In this document: in pieces, positions 43,524 to 58,500 of the stretch
Position numbering within the stretch: position 1 is the stretch's first letter
Layout: each line of letters begins with the position of its first letter
Source of the DNA: Auanema rhodensis
Lineage: Eukaryota; Animalia; Nematoda
DNA length: 64,000 bases
Assembly: GCA_964057225.1 (NCBI GenBank)
Contig: OZ059897.1
Location: 4,526,001 to 4,590,000 of the forward strand
Reading direction: 5' to 3'
Made by a program: the position numbers and the translations under genes
Notes under the pieces: generated by a model
What the model saw: the letters and a program-made list of their open reading frames with translations, nothing else
Database searches by the model: none
Told to the model about the DNA's origin: nothing

Positions 43524-46500
43524 TTCCCATGTACACTCAACATTGCTTCCAAAAACATTGTGACAAAAATTTTCCCGAAAAATTTCTAAATAATTTCACA
43601 GAAAGTAGATGTTTTTAGATTCCTTTTTTCAAGACGAATACGATGGACAATGTTTTTCAACGAAAAAATCATTTCTTCAGGGTGAAAATCGAGGATATAA
43701 GTGTGAACATATATCAGTTGATATCTCGGTGCATTTTTAAGTTAACTCAAATCTGATAACACAGATCAACGCAGCTTAAAAATCCGCATCGAATGCACTA
43801 TACTACAATGAGAAACGCTCTATACAAAAATTAGTTATGATCGTATGAAAAATAATGCATTAGTGTATGTTGAGTTCCCATGTACACTCAACATTGCTTC
43901 CAAAAACATTTTGACAAAAATTTTCCCGAAAAATTTCTAAATAATTTCACAGAAAGTAGATGTTTTTAGATTCCTTTTTTCAAGACGAATACGATGGACA
44001 ATGTTTTTCAACGAAAAAATCATTTCTTCACGGTGAAAATCGAGGATATAAGTGTGAACATATATCAGTTGATATCTCGGTGCATTTTTAAGTTAACTCA
44101 AATCTGATAACACAGATCAACGCAGCTTAAAAATCCGCATCGAATGCACTATACTACAATGAGAAACGCTCTATACAAAAATTAGTTATGATCGTTTGAA
44201 AAATAATGCATTAGTGTATGTTGAGTTCCCATGTACACTCAACATTGCTTCCAAAAACATTTTGACAAAAATTTTCCCGAAAAATTTCTAAATAATTTCA
44301 CAAAAAGTAGATGTTTTTAGATTCCTTTTTTCAAGGCAAAGACGATAGACAATGTTATTCAACGAAAAAATTAGTTCTTCAGGGTGAAAATCGAGGATAT
44401 AAGTGTGAACTTATATCAGTTGATATCTCGGTGCATTTTTAAGCTAGCGCAAATCTGATAACACAGATCGACGCAGCTTAAAAATCCGCATCGAATGCAC
44501 TATACTACATTGAGAAACGCTCTATACAAAAATTAGTTATGATCGTTTGAAAAATAATGCATTAGTGTATGCTGAGTTCCCATGTACACTCAACATTGCT
44601 TCCAAAAACATTTTGACAAAAATTTTCCCGAAAAATTTCTAAATAATTTCACAGAAAGTAGATGTTTTTAGATTCCTTTTTTCAAGACGAATACGATGGA
44701 CAATGTTTTTCAACGAAAAAATCATTTCTTCAGGGTGAAAATCGAGGATATAAGTGTGAACATATATCAGTTGATATCTCGGTGCATTTTTAAGTTAACT
44801 CAAATCTGATAACACAGATCAACGCAGCTTAAAAATCCGCATCGAATGCACTATACTACAATGAGAAACGCTCTATACAAAAATTAGTTATGATCGTTTG
44901 AAAAATAATGCATTAGTGTATGTTGAGTTCCCATGTACACTCAACATTGCTTCCAAAAACATTTTGACAAAAATTTTCCCGAAAAATTTCTAAATAATTT
45001 CACAAAAAGTAGATGTTTTTAGATTCCTTTTTTCAAGGCAAAGACGATAGACAATGTTATTCAACGAAAAAATTAGTTCTTCAGGGTGAAAATCGAGGAT
45101 ATAAGTGTGAACTTATATCAGTTGATATCTCGGTGCATTTTTAAGCTAGCGCAAATCTGATAACACAGATCGACGCAGCTTAAAAATCCGCATCGAATGC
45201 ACTATACTACATTGAGAAACGCTCTATACAAAAATTAGTTATGATCGTTTGAAAAATAATGCATTAGTGTATGTTGAGTTCCCATGTACACTCAACATTG
45301 CTTCCAAAAACATTTTGACAAAAATTTTCCCGAAAAATTTCTAAATAATTTCACAAAAAGTAGATGTTTTTAGATTCCTTTTTTCAAGGCAAAGACGATA
45401 GACAATGTTATTCAACGAAAAAATTAGTTCTTCAGGGTGAAAATCGAGGATATAAGTGTGAACTTATATCAGTTGATATCTCGGTGCATTTTTAAGCTAG
45501 CGCAAATCTGATAACACAGATCGACGCAACTTAAAAATCCGCATCGAATGCACTATACTACATTGAGAAACGCTCTATACAAAAATTAGTTATGATCGTT
45601 TGAAAAATAATGCATTAGTGTATGTTGAGTTCCCATGTACACTCAACATTGCTTCCAAAAACATTTTGACAAAAATTTTCCCGAAAAATTTCTAAATAAT
45701 TTCACAAAAAGTAGATGTTTTTAGATTCCTTTTTTCAAGACGAATACGATGGACAATGTTTTTTAACGAAAAAATCATTTCTTCAGGGTGAAAATCGAGG
45801 ATATAAGTGTGAACATATATCAGTTGATATCTCGGTGCATTTTTAAGTTAACTCAAATCTGATAACACAGATCAACGCAGCTTAAAAATCCGCATCGAAT
45901 GCACTATACTACAATGAGAAACGCTCTATACAAAAATTAGTTATGATCGTTTGAAAAATAATGCATTAGTGTATGTTGAGTTCCCATGTACACTCAACAT
46001 TGCTTCCAAAAACATTTTGACAAAAATTTTCCCGAAAAATTTCTAAATAATTTCACAAAAAGTAGATGTTTTTAGATTCCTTTTTTCAAGACGAATACGA
46101 TGGACAATGTTTTTTAACGAAAAAATCATTTCTTCAGGGTGAAAATCGAGGATATAAGTGTGAACATATATCAGTTGATATCTCGGTGCATTTTTAAGCT
46201 AACTCAAATCTGATAACACAGATCGACGCAGCTTAAAAATCCGCATCGAATGCACTATACTACATTGAGAAACGCTCTATACAAAAATTAGTTATGATCG
46301 TTTGAAAAATAATGCATTAGTGTATGCTGAGTTCCCATGTACACTCAACATTGCTTCCAAAAACATTTTGACAAAAATTTTCCCGAAAAATTTCTAAATA
46401 ATTTCACAAAAAGTAGATGTTTTTAGATTCCTTTTTTCAAGACGAATACGATGGACAATGTTTTTCAACGAAAAAATCATTTCTTCAGGGTGAAAATCGA

Positions 46501-49500
46501 GGATATAAGTGTGAACATATATCAGTTGATATCTCGGTGCATTTTTAAGTTAACTCAAATCTGATAACACAGATCAACGCAGCTTAAAAATCCGCATCGA
46601 ATGCACTATACTACAATGAGAAACGCTCTATACAAAAATTAGTTATGATCGTTTGAAAAATAATGCATTAGTGTATGTTGAGTTCCCATGTACACTCAAC
46701 ATTGCTTCCAAAAACATTTTGACAAAAATTTTCCCGAAAAATTTCTAAATAATTTCACAAAAAGTAGATATTTTTAGATTCCTTTTTTCAAGGCAAAGAC
46801 GATAGACAATGTTATTCAACGAAAAAATTAGTTCTTCAGGGTGAAAATCGAGGATATAAGTGTGAACATATATCAGTTGATATCTCGGTGCATTTTTAAG
46901 TTAACTCAAATCTGATAACACAGATCAACGCAGCTTAAAAATCCGCATCGAATGCACTATACTACAATGAGAAACGCTCTATACAAAAATTAGTTATGAT
47001 CGTTTGAAAAATAATGCATTAGTGTATGTTGAGTTCCCATGTACACTCAACATTGCTTCCAAAAACATTTTGACAAAAATTTTCCCGAAAAATTTCTAAA
47101 TAATTTCACAAAAAGTAGATGTTTTTAGATTCCTTTTTTCAAGACGAATACGATGGACAATGTTTTTTAACGAAAAAATCATTTCTTCAGGGTGAAAATC
47201 GAGGATATAAGTGTGAACATATATCAGTTGATATCTCGGTGCATTTTTAAGCTAACTCAAATCTGATAACACAGATCGACGCAGCTTAAAAATCCGCATC
47301 GAATGCACTATACTACATTGAGAAACGCTCTATACAAAAATTAGTTATGATCGTTTGAAAAATAATGCATTAGTGTATGCTGAGTTCCCATGTACACTCA
47401 ACATTGCTTCCAAAAACATTTTGACAAAAATTTTCCCGAAAAATTTCTAAATAATTTCACAAAAAGTAGATGTTTTTAGATTCCTTTTTTTAAGACGAAT
47501 ACGATGGACAATGTTTTTCAACAAAAAAATCATTTCTTCAGGGTGAAAATCGAGGATATAAGTGTGAACATATATCAGTTGATATCTCGGTGCATTTTTA
47601 AGCTAACTCCAATCTGATAACACAGATCGACGCAGCTTACAAATCCGCATCGAATGCACTATACTACATTGAGAAACGCTCTATACAAAAATTAGTTATG
47701 ATCGTTTGAAAAATAATGCATTAGTGTATGCTGAGTTCCCATGTACACTCAACATTGCTTCCAAAAACATTGTGACAAAAATTTTCCCGAAAAATTTCTA
47801 AATAATTTCACAAAAAGTAGGAGTTTTTAGATTTCTTTTTTCAAGGCAAAGACGATGGACAATGTTATTCAACGAAAAAATTAATTCTTCAGGGTGAAAA
47901 TCGAGGATATAAGTGTGAACCTATATCAGTTGATTACTCGGTGCATTTTTAAGCTAGCGCAAATCTGATAACACAGATCGACGCAGCTTAAAAATCCGCA
48001 TCGAATGCACTATACTACATTGAGAAACGCTCTATACAAAAATCAGTTATGATCGTTTGAAAAATAATGCATTAGTGTATGTTGAGTTCCCATGTACACT
48101 CAACATTGCTTCCAAAAACATTTTGACAAAAATTTTCCCGAAAAATTTCTAAATAATTTCACAAAAAGTAGATGTTTTTAGATTCCTTTTTTCAAGACGA
48201 ATACGATGGACAATGTTTTTTAACGAAAAAATCATTTCTTCAGGGTGAAAATCGAGGATATAAGTGTGAACATATATCAGTTGATATCTCGGTGCATTTT
48301 TAAGCTAACTCAAATCTGATAACACAGATCGACGCAGCTTAAAAATCCGCATCGAATGCACTATACTACATTGAGAAACGCTCTATACAAAAATTAGTTA
48401 TGATCGTTTGAAAAATAATGCATTAGTGTATGCTGAGTTCCCATGTACACTCAACATTGCTTCCAAAAACATTTTGACAAAAATTTTCCCGAAAAATTTC
48501 TAAATAATTTCACAAAAAGTAGATGTTTTTAGATTCCTTTTTTCAAGACGAATACGATGGACAATGTTTTTTAACGAAAAAATCATTTCTTCAGGGTGAA
48601 AATCGAGGATATAAGTGTCAACATATATCAGTTGATATCTCGGTGCATTTTTAAGTTAACTCAAATCTGATAACACAGATCAACGCAGCTTAAAAATCCG
48701 CATCGAATGCACTATACTACAATGAGAAACGCTCTATACAAAAATTAGTTATGATCGTTTGAAAAATAATGCATTAGTGTATGTTGAGTTCCCATGTACA
48801 CTCAACATTGCTTCCAAAAACATTTTGACAAAAATTTTCCCGAAAAATTTCTAAATAATTTCACAAAAAGTAGATGTTTTTAGATTCCTTTTTTCAAGAC
48901 GAATACGATGGACAATGTTTTTCAACGAAAAAATCATTTCTTCAGGGTGAAAATCGAGGATATAAGTGTGAACATATATCAGTTGATATCTCGGTGCATT
49001 TTTAAGCTAACTCAAATCTGATAACACAGATCGACGCAGCTTAAAAATCCGCATCGAATGCACTATACTACATTGAGAAACGCTCTATACAAAAATTAGT
49101 TATGATCGTTTGAAAAATAATGCATTAGTGTATGCTGAGTTCCCATGTACACTCAACATTGCTTCCAAAAACATTTTGACAAAAATTTTCCCGAAAAATT
49201 TCTAAATAATTTCACAAAAAGTAGATGTTTTTAGATTCCTTTTTTCAAGACGAATACGATGGACAATGTTTTTTAACGAAAAAATCATTTCTTCAGGGTG
49301 AAAATCGAGGATATAAGTGTGAACATATATCAGTTGATATCTCGGTGCATTTTTAAGTTAACTCAAATCTGATAACACAGATCAACGCAGCTTAAAAATC
49401 CGCATCGAATGCACTATACTACAATGAGAAACGCTCTATACAAAAATTAGTTATGATCGTTTGAAAAATAATGCATTAGTGTATGTTGAGTTCCCATGTA

Positions 49501-52500
49501 CACTCAACATTGCTTCCAAAAACATTTTGACAAAAATTTTCCCGAAAAATTTCTAAATAATTTCACAAAAAGTAGATGTTTTTAGATTCCTTTTTTCAAG
49601 ACGAATACGATGGACAATGTTTTTCAACGAAAAAATCATTTCTTCAGGGTGAAAATCGAGGATATAAGTGTGAACATATATCAGTTGATATCTCGGTGCA
49701 TTTTTAAGCTAACTCAAATCTGATAACACAGATCGACGCAGCTTAAAAATCCGCATCGAATGCACTATACTACATTGAGAAACGCTCTATACAAAAATTA
49801 GTTATGATCGTTTGAAAAATAATGCATTAGTGTATGCTGAGTTCCCATGTACACTCAACATTGCTTCCAAAAACATTGTGACAAAAATTTTCCCGAAAAA
49901 TTTCTAAATAATTTCACAAAAAGTAGGAGTTTTTAGATTTCTTTTTTCAAGGCAAAAACAATGGACAATGTTATTCAACGAAAAAATTAATTCTTCAGGG
50001 TGAAAATCGAGGATATATGTGTGAACCTATATCAGTTGATTACTCGGTGCATTTTTAAGCTAGCGCAAATCTGATAACACAGATCAACGCAGCTTAAAAA
50101 TCCGCATCGAATGCACTATACTACATTGAGAAACGCTCCATACAAAAATTAGTTATGATCGTTTGAAAAATAATGCATTAGTGTATGTTGAGTTCCCATG
50201 TACACTCAACATTGCTTCCAAAAACATTTTGACAAAAATTTTCCCGAAAAATTTCTGAATAATTTCACAAAAAGTAGATGTTTTTAGATTCTTTTTTTCA
50301 AGACGAATACGATGGACAATGTTTTTCAACGAAAAAATCATTTCTTCAGGGTGAAAATCGAGGATATAAGTGTGAACATATATCAGTTGATATCTCGGTG
50401 CATTTTTAAGCTAACTCAAATCTGATAACACAGATCGACGCAGCTTAAAAATCCGCATCGAATGCACTATACTACATTGAGAAACGCTCTATACAAAAAT
50501 TAGTTATGATCGTTTGAAAAATAATGCATTAGTGTATGTTGAGTTCCCATGTACACTCAACATTGCTTCCAAAAACATTTTGACAAAAATTTTCCCGAAA
50601 AATTTCTAAATAATTTCACAAAAAGTAGATGTTTTTAGATTCCTTTTTTCAAGACGAATACGATGGACAATGTTTTTTAACGAAAAAATCATTTCTTCAG
50701 GGTGAAAATCGAGGATATAAGTGTGAACATATATCAGTTGATATCTCGGTGCATTTTTAAGCTAACTCAAATCTGATAACACAGATCGACGCAGCTTAAA
50801 AATCCGCATCGAATGCACTATACTACATTGAGAAACGCTCTATACAAAAATTAGTTATGATCGTTTGAAAAATAATGCATTAGTGTATGCTGAGTTCCCA
50901 TGTACACTCAACATTGCTTCCAAAAACATTGTGACAAAAATTTTCCCGAAAAATTTCTAAATAATTTCACAAAAAGTAGATGTTTTTAGATTCCTTTTTT
51001 CAAGGCAAAGACGATAGACAATGTTATTCAACGAAAAAATTAGTTCTTCAGGGTGAAAATCGAGGATATAAGTGTGAACCTATATCAGTTGATATCTCGG
51101 TGCATTTTCAAGCTAGCGCAAATCTGATAACACAGATCGACGCAGCTTAAAAATCCGCATCGAATGCACTATACTACATTGATAAACGCTTAATACAAAA
51201 ATTAGTTATGATCGTTTGAAAAATAATGCATTAGTGTATGTTGAGTTCCCATGTACACTCAACATTGCTTCCAAAAACATTTTGACAAAAATTTTCCCGA
51301 AAAATTTCTAAATAATTTCACAAAAAGTAGATGTTTTTAGATTCCTTTTTTCAAGACGAATACGATGGACAATGTTTTTCAACGAAAAAATCATTTCTTC
51401 AGGGTGAAAATCGAGGATATAAGTGTGAACATATATCAGTTGATATCTCGGTGCATTTTTAAGCTAACTCAAATCTGATAACACAGATCGACGCAGCTTA
51501 CTAATCCGCATCGAATGCACTATACTACATTGAGAAACGCTCTATACAAAAATTAGTTATGATCGTTTGAAAAATAATGCATTAGTGTATGTTGAGTTCC
51601 CATGTACACTCAACATTGCTTCCAAAAACATTTTGACAAAAATTTTCCCGAAAAATTTCTAAATAATTTCACAAAAAGTAGATGTTTTTAGATTCCTTTT
51701 TTCAAGACGAATACGATGGACAATGTTTTTTAACGAAAAAATCATTTCTTCAGGGTGAAAATCGAGGATATAAGTGTGAACCTATATCAGTTGATATCTC
51801 GGTGCATTTTCAAGCTAGCGCAAATCTGATAACACAGATCGACGCAGCTTAAAAATCCGCATCGAATGCACTATACTACATTGATAAACGCTTAATACAA
51901 AAATTAGTTATGATCGTTTGAAAAATAATGCATTAGTGTATGTTGAGTTCCCATGTACACTCAACATTGCTTCCAAAAACATTTTGACAAAAATTTTCCC
52001 GAAAAATTTCTAAATAATTTCACAAAAAGTAGATGTTTTTAGATTCCTTTTTTCAAGACGAATACGATGGACAATGTTTTTCAACAAAAAAATCATTTCT
52101 TCAGGGTGAAAATCGAGGATATAAGTGTGAACATATATCAGTTGATATCTCGGTGCATTTTTAAGTTAACTCAAATCTGATAACACAGATAAACGCAGCT
52201 TAAAAATCCGCATTGAATGCACTATACTACATTGAAAAACGCTTTATACAAAAATTAGTTATGATCGTATGAAAAATAATGCATTAGTGTATGTTGAGTT
52301 CCCATGTACACTCAACATTGCTTCCAAAAACATTTTGACAAAAATTTTCCCGAAAAATTTCTAAATAATTTCACAAAAAGTAGATGTTTTTAGATTCCTT
52401 TTTTCAAGACGAATACGATGGACAATGTTTTTCAACGAAAAAATCATTTCTTCAGGGTGAAAATCGAGGATATAAGTGTGAACATATATCAGTTGATATC

Positions 52501-55500
52501 TCGGTGCATTTTTAAGCTAACTCAAATCTGATAACACAGATCGACGCAGCTTAAAAATCCGCATCGAATGCACTATACTACATTAAGAAACGCTCTATAC
52601 AAAAATTAGTTATGATCGTTTGAAAAATAATGCATTAGTGTATGCTGAGTTCCCATGTACACTCAACATTGCTTCCAAAAACATTGTGACAAAAATTTTC
52701 CCGAAAAATTTCTAAATAATTTCACAAAAAGTAGGAGTTTTTAGATTTCTTTTTTCAAGGCAAAAACAATGGACAATGTTATTCAACGAAAAAATTAATT
52801 CTTCAGGGTGAAAATCGAGGATATAAGTGTGAACCTATATCAGTTGATTACTCGGTGCATTTTTAAGCTAGCGCAAATCTGATAACACAGATCAACGCAG
52901 CTTAAAAATCCGCATCGAATGCACTATACTACATTGAGAAACGCTCCATACAAAAATTAGTTATGATCGTTTGAAAAATAATGCATTAGTGTATGTTCAG
53001 TTCCCATGTACACTCAACATTGCTTCCAAAAACATTTTGACAAAAATTTTCCCGAAAAATTTCTGAATAATTTCACAAATAGTAGATGTTTTTAGATTCT
53101 TTTTTTCAAGACGAATACGATGGACAATGTTTTTCAACGAAAAAATCATTTCTTCAGGGTGAAAATCGAGGATATAAGTGTGAACATATATCAGTTGATA
53201 TCTCGGTGCATTTTTAAGCTAACTCAAATCTGATAACACAGATCGACGCAGCTTAAAAATCCGCATCGAATGCACTATACTACATTGAGAAACGCTCTAT
53301 ACAAAAATTAGTTATGATCGTTTGAAAAATAATGCATTAGTGTATGCTGAGTTCCCATGTACACTCAACATTGCTTCCAAAAACATTGTGACAAAAATTT
53401 TCCCGAAAAATTTCTAAATAATTTCACAAAAAGTAGATGTTTTTAGATTCCTTTTTTCAAGGCAAAGACGATGGACAATGTTATTCAACGAAAAAATTAA
53501 TTCTTCAGGGTGAAAATCGAGGATATAAGTGTGAACCTATATCAGTTGATATCTCGGTGCATTTTCAAGCTAGCGCAAATCTGATAACACAGATCGACGC
53601 AGCTTAAAAATCCGCATCGAATGCACTATACTACATTGATAAACGCTTAATACAAAAATTAGTTATGATCGTTTGAAAAATAATGCATTAGTGTATGTTG
53701 AGTTCCCATGTACACTCAACATTGCTTCCAAAAACATTTTGACAAAAATTTTCCCGAAAAATTTCTAAATAATTTCACAAAAAGTAGATGTTTTTAGATT
53801 CCTTTTTTCAAGACGAATACGATGGACAATGTTTTTCAACGAAAAAATCATTTCTTCAGGGTGAAAATCGAGGATATAAGTGTGAACATATATCAGTTGA
53901 TATCTCGGTGCATTTTTAAGCTAACTCAAATCTGATAACACAGATCGACGCAGCTTAAAAATCCGCATCGAATGCACTATACTACATTGAGAAACGCTTT
54001 ATACAAAAATTAGTTATGATCGTATGAAAAATAATGCATTAGTGTATGTTGAGTTCCCATGTACACTCAACATTGCTTCCAAAAACATTTTGACAAAAAT
54101 TTTCCCGAAAAATTTCTAAATAATTTCACAGAAAGTAGATGTTTTTAGATTCCTTTTTTCAAGACGAATACGATGGACAATGTTTTTCAACAAAAAAATC
54201 ATTTCTTCAGGGTGAAAATCGAGGATATAAGTGTGAACATATATCAGTTGATATCTCGGTGCATTTTTAAGCTAACTCAAATCTGATAACACAGATCGAC
54301 GCAGCTTACAAATCCGCATCGAATGCACTATACTACATTGAGAAACGCTCTATACAAAAATTAGTTATGATCGTTTGAAAAATAATGCATTAGTGTATGC
54401 TGAGTTCCCATGTACACTCAACATTGCTTCCAAAAACATTGTGACAAAAATTTTCCCGAAAAATTTCTAAATAATTTCACAGAAAGTAGATGTTTTTAGA
54501 TTCCTTTTTTCAAGGCAAAGACGATGGACAATGTTATTCAACGAAAAAATTAATTCTTCAGGGTGAAAATCGAGGATATAAGTGTGAACCTATATCAGTT
54601 GATATCTCGGTGCATTTTCAAGCTAGCGCAAATCTGATAACACAGATCAACGCAGCTTAAAAATCCGCATCGAATGCACTATACTACATTGAGAAACGCT
54701 CTATACAAAAATTAGTTATGATCGTTTGAAAAATAATGCATTAGTGTATGCTGAGTTCCCATGTACACTCAACATTGCTTCCAAAAACATTGTGACAAAA
54801 ATTTTCCCGAAAAATTTCTAAATAATTTCACAAAAAGTAGATGTTTTTAGATTCCTTTTTTCAAGGCAAAGACGATAGACAATGTTATTCAACGAAAAAA
54901 TTAGTTCTTCAGGGTGAAAATCGAGGATATAAGTGTGAACCTATATCAGTTGATATCTCGGTGCATTTTCAAGCTAGCGCAAATCTGATAACACAGATCG
55001 ACGCAGCTTAAAAATCCGCATCGAATGCACTATACTACATTGATAAACGCTTAATACAAAAATTAGTTATGATCGTTTGAAAAATAATGCATTAGTGTAT
55101 GTTGAGTTCCCATGTACACTCAACATTGCTTCCAAAAACATTTTGACAAAAATTTTCCCGAAAAATTTCTAAATAATTTCACAAAAAGTAGATGTTTTTA
55201 GATTCCTTTTTTCAAGACGAATACGATGGACAATGTTTTTCAACGAAAAAATCATTTCTTCAGGGTGAAAATCGAGGATATAAGTGTGAACATATATCAG
55301 TTGATATCTCGGTGCATTTTTAAGCTAACTCAAATCTGATAACACAGATCGACGCAGCTTACTAATCCGCATCGAATGCACTATACTACATTGAGAAACG
55401 CTCTATACAAAAATTAGTTATGATCGTTTGAAAAATAATGCATTAGTGTATGCTGAGTTCCCATGTACACTCAACATTGCTTCCAAAAACATTGTGACAA

Positions 55501-58500
55501 AAATTTTCCCGAAAAATTTCTAAATAATTTCACAAAAAGTAGATGTTTTTAGATTCCTTATTTCAAGGCAAAGACGATGGACAATGTTATTCAACGAAAA
55601 AATTAATTCTTCAGGGTGAAAATCGAGGATATAAGTGTGAACCTATATCAGTTGATATCTCGGTGCATTTTCAAGCTAGCGCAAATCTGATAACACAGAT
55701 CGACGCAGCTTAAAAATCCGCATCGAATGCACTATACTACATTGATAAACGCTTAATACAAAAATTAGTTATGATCGTTTGAAAAATAATGCATTAGTGT
55801 ATGTTGAGTTCCCATGTACACTCAACATTGCTTCCAAAAACATTTTGACAAAAATTTTCCCGAAAAATTTCTAAATAATTTCACAAAAAGTAGATGTTTT
55901 TAGATTCCTTTTTTCAAGACGAATACGATGGACAATGTTTTTCAACGAAAAACTCATTTCTTCAGGGTGAAAATCGAGGATATAAGTGTGAACATATATC
56001 AGTTGATATCTCGGTGCATTTTTAAGCTAACTCAAATCTGATAACACAGATCGACGCAGCTTACAAATCCGCATCGAATGCACTATACTACATTGAGAAA
56101 CGCTCTATACAAAAATTAGTTATGATCGTTTGAAAAATAATGCATTACTGTATGCTGAGTTCCCATGTACACTCAACATTGCTTCCAAAAACATTGTGAC
56201 AAAAATTTTCCCGAAAAATTTCTAAATAATTTCACAAAAAGTAGGAGTTTTTAGATTTCATTTTTCAAGGCAAAGACGATGGACAATGTTATTCAACGAA
56301 AAAATTAATTCTTCAGGGTGAAAATCGAGGATATAAGTGTGAACATATATCAGTTGATATCTCGGTGCATTTTTAAGTTAACTCAAATCTGATAACACAG
56401 ATCAACGCAGCTTAAAAATCCGCATCGAATGCACTAAACTACATTGAGAAACGCTTTATACAAAAATTAGTTATGATCGTATGAAAAATAATGCATTAGT
56501 GTATGTTGAGTTCCCATGTACACTCAACATTGCTTCCAAAAACATTTTGACAAAAATTTTCCCGAAAAATTTCTAAATAATTTCACAGAAAGTAGATGTT
56601 TTTAGATTCCTTTTTTCAAGACGAATACGATGGACAATGTTTTTCAACGAAAAAATCATTTCTTCAGGGTGAAAATCGAGGATATAAGTGTGAACATATA
56701 TCAGTTGATATCTCGGTGCATTTTTAAGCTAACTCAAATCTGATAACACAGATCGACGCAGCTTACAAATCCGCATCGAATGCACTATACTACATTGAGA
56801 AACGCTCTATACAAAAATTAGTTATGATCGTTTGAAAAATAATGCATTAGTGTATGCTGAGTTCCCATGTACACTCAACATTGCTTCCAAAAACATTGTG
56901 ACAAAAATTTTCCCGAAAAATTTCTAAATAATTTCACAAAAAGTAGGAGTTTTTAGATTTCTTTTTTCAAGGCAAAGACGATGGACAATGTTATTCAACG
57001 AAAAAATTAATTCTTCAGGGTGAAAATCGAGGATATAAGTGTGAACCTATATCAGTTGATTACTCGGTGCATTTTTAAGCTAGCGCAAATCTGATAACAC
57101 AGATCGACGCAGCTTAAAAATCCGCATCGAATGCACTATACTACATTGAGAAACGCTCTATACAAAAATCAGTTATGATCGTATGAAAAATAATGCATTA
57201 GTGTATGTTGATTTCCCATGTACACTCAACATTGCTTCCAAAAACATTTTGACAAAAATTTTCCCGAAAAATTTCTGAATAATTTCACAAAAAGTAGATG
57301 TTTTTAGATTCTTTTTTTCAAGACGAATACGATGGACAATGTTTTTCAACGAAAAAATCATTTCTTCAGGGTGAAAATCGAGGATATAAGTGTGAACATA
57401 TATCAGTTGATATCTCGGTGCATTTTTAAGCTAACTCAAATCTGATAACACAGATCGACGCAGCTTAAAAATCCGCATCGAATGCACTATACTACATTGA
57501 GAAACGCTCTATACAAAAATTAGTTATGATCGTTTGAAAAATAATGCATTAGTGTATGCTGAGTTCCCATGTACACTCAACATTGCTTCCAAAAACATTG
57601 TGACAAAAATTTTCCCGAAAAATTTCTAAATAATTTCACAAAAAGTAGATGTTTTTAGATTCCTTTTTTCAAGACGAATACGATGGACAATGTTTTTCAA
57701 CAAAAAAATCATTTCTTCAGGGTGAAAATCGAGGATATAAGTGTGAACATATATCAGTTGATATCTCGGTGCATTTTTAAGTTAACTCAAATCTGATAAC
57801 ACAGATAAACGCAGCTTAAAAATCCGCATCGAATGCACTATACTACATTGAGAAACGCTCTATACAAAAATCAGTTATGATCGTATGAAAAATAATGCAT
57901 TAGTGTATGTTGATTTCCCATGTACACTCAACATTGCTTCCAAAAACATTTTGACAAAAATTTTCCCGAAAAATTTCTGAATAATTTCACAAAAAGTAGA
58001 TGTTTTTAGATTCTTTTTTTCAAGACGAATACGATGGACAATGTTTTTCAACGAAAAAATCATTTCTTCAGGGTGAAAATCGAGGATATAAGTGTGAACA
58101 TATATCAGTTGATATCTCGGTGCATTTTTAAGCTAACTCAAATCTGATAACACAGATCGACGCAGCTTAAAAATCCGCATCGAATGCACTATACTACATT
58201 GAGAAACGCTCTATACAAAAATTAGTTATGATCGTTTGAAAAATAATGCATTAGTGTATGCTGAGTTCCCATGTACACTCAACATTGCTTCCAAAAACAT
58301 TGTGACAAAAATTTTCCCGAAAAATTTCTAAATAATTTCACAAAAAGTAGATGTTTTTAGATTCCTTTTTTCAAGACGAATACGATGGACAATGTTTTTC
58401 AACAAAAAAATCATTTCTTCAGGGTGAAAATCGAGGATATAAGTGTGAACATATATCAGTTGATATCTCGGTGCATTTTTAAGTTAACTCAAATCTGATA

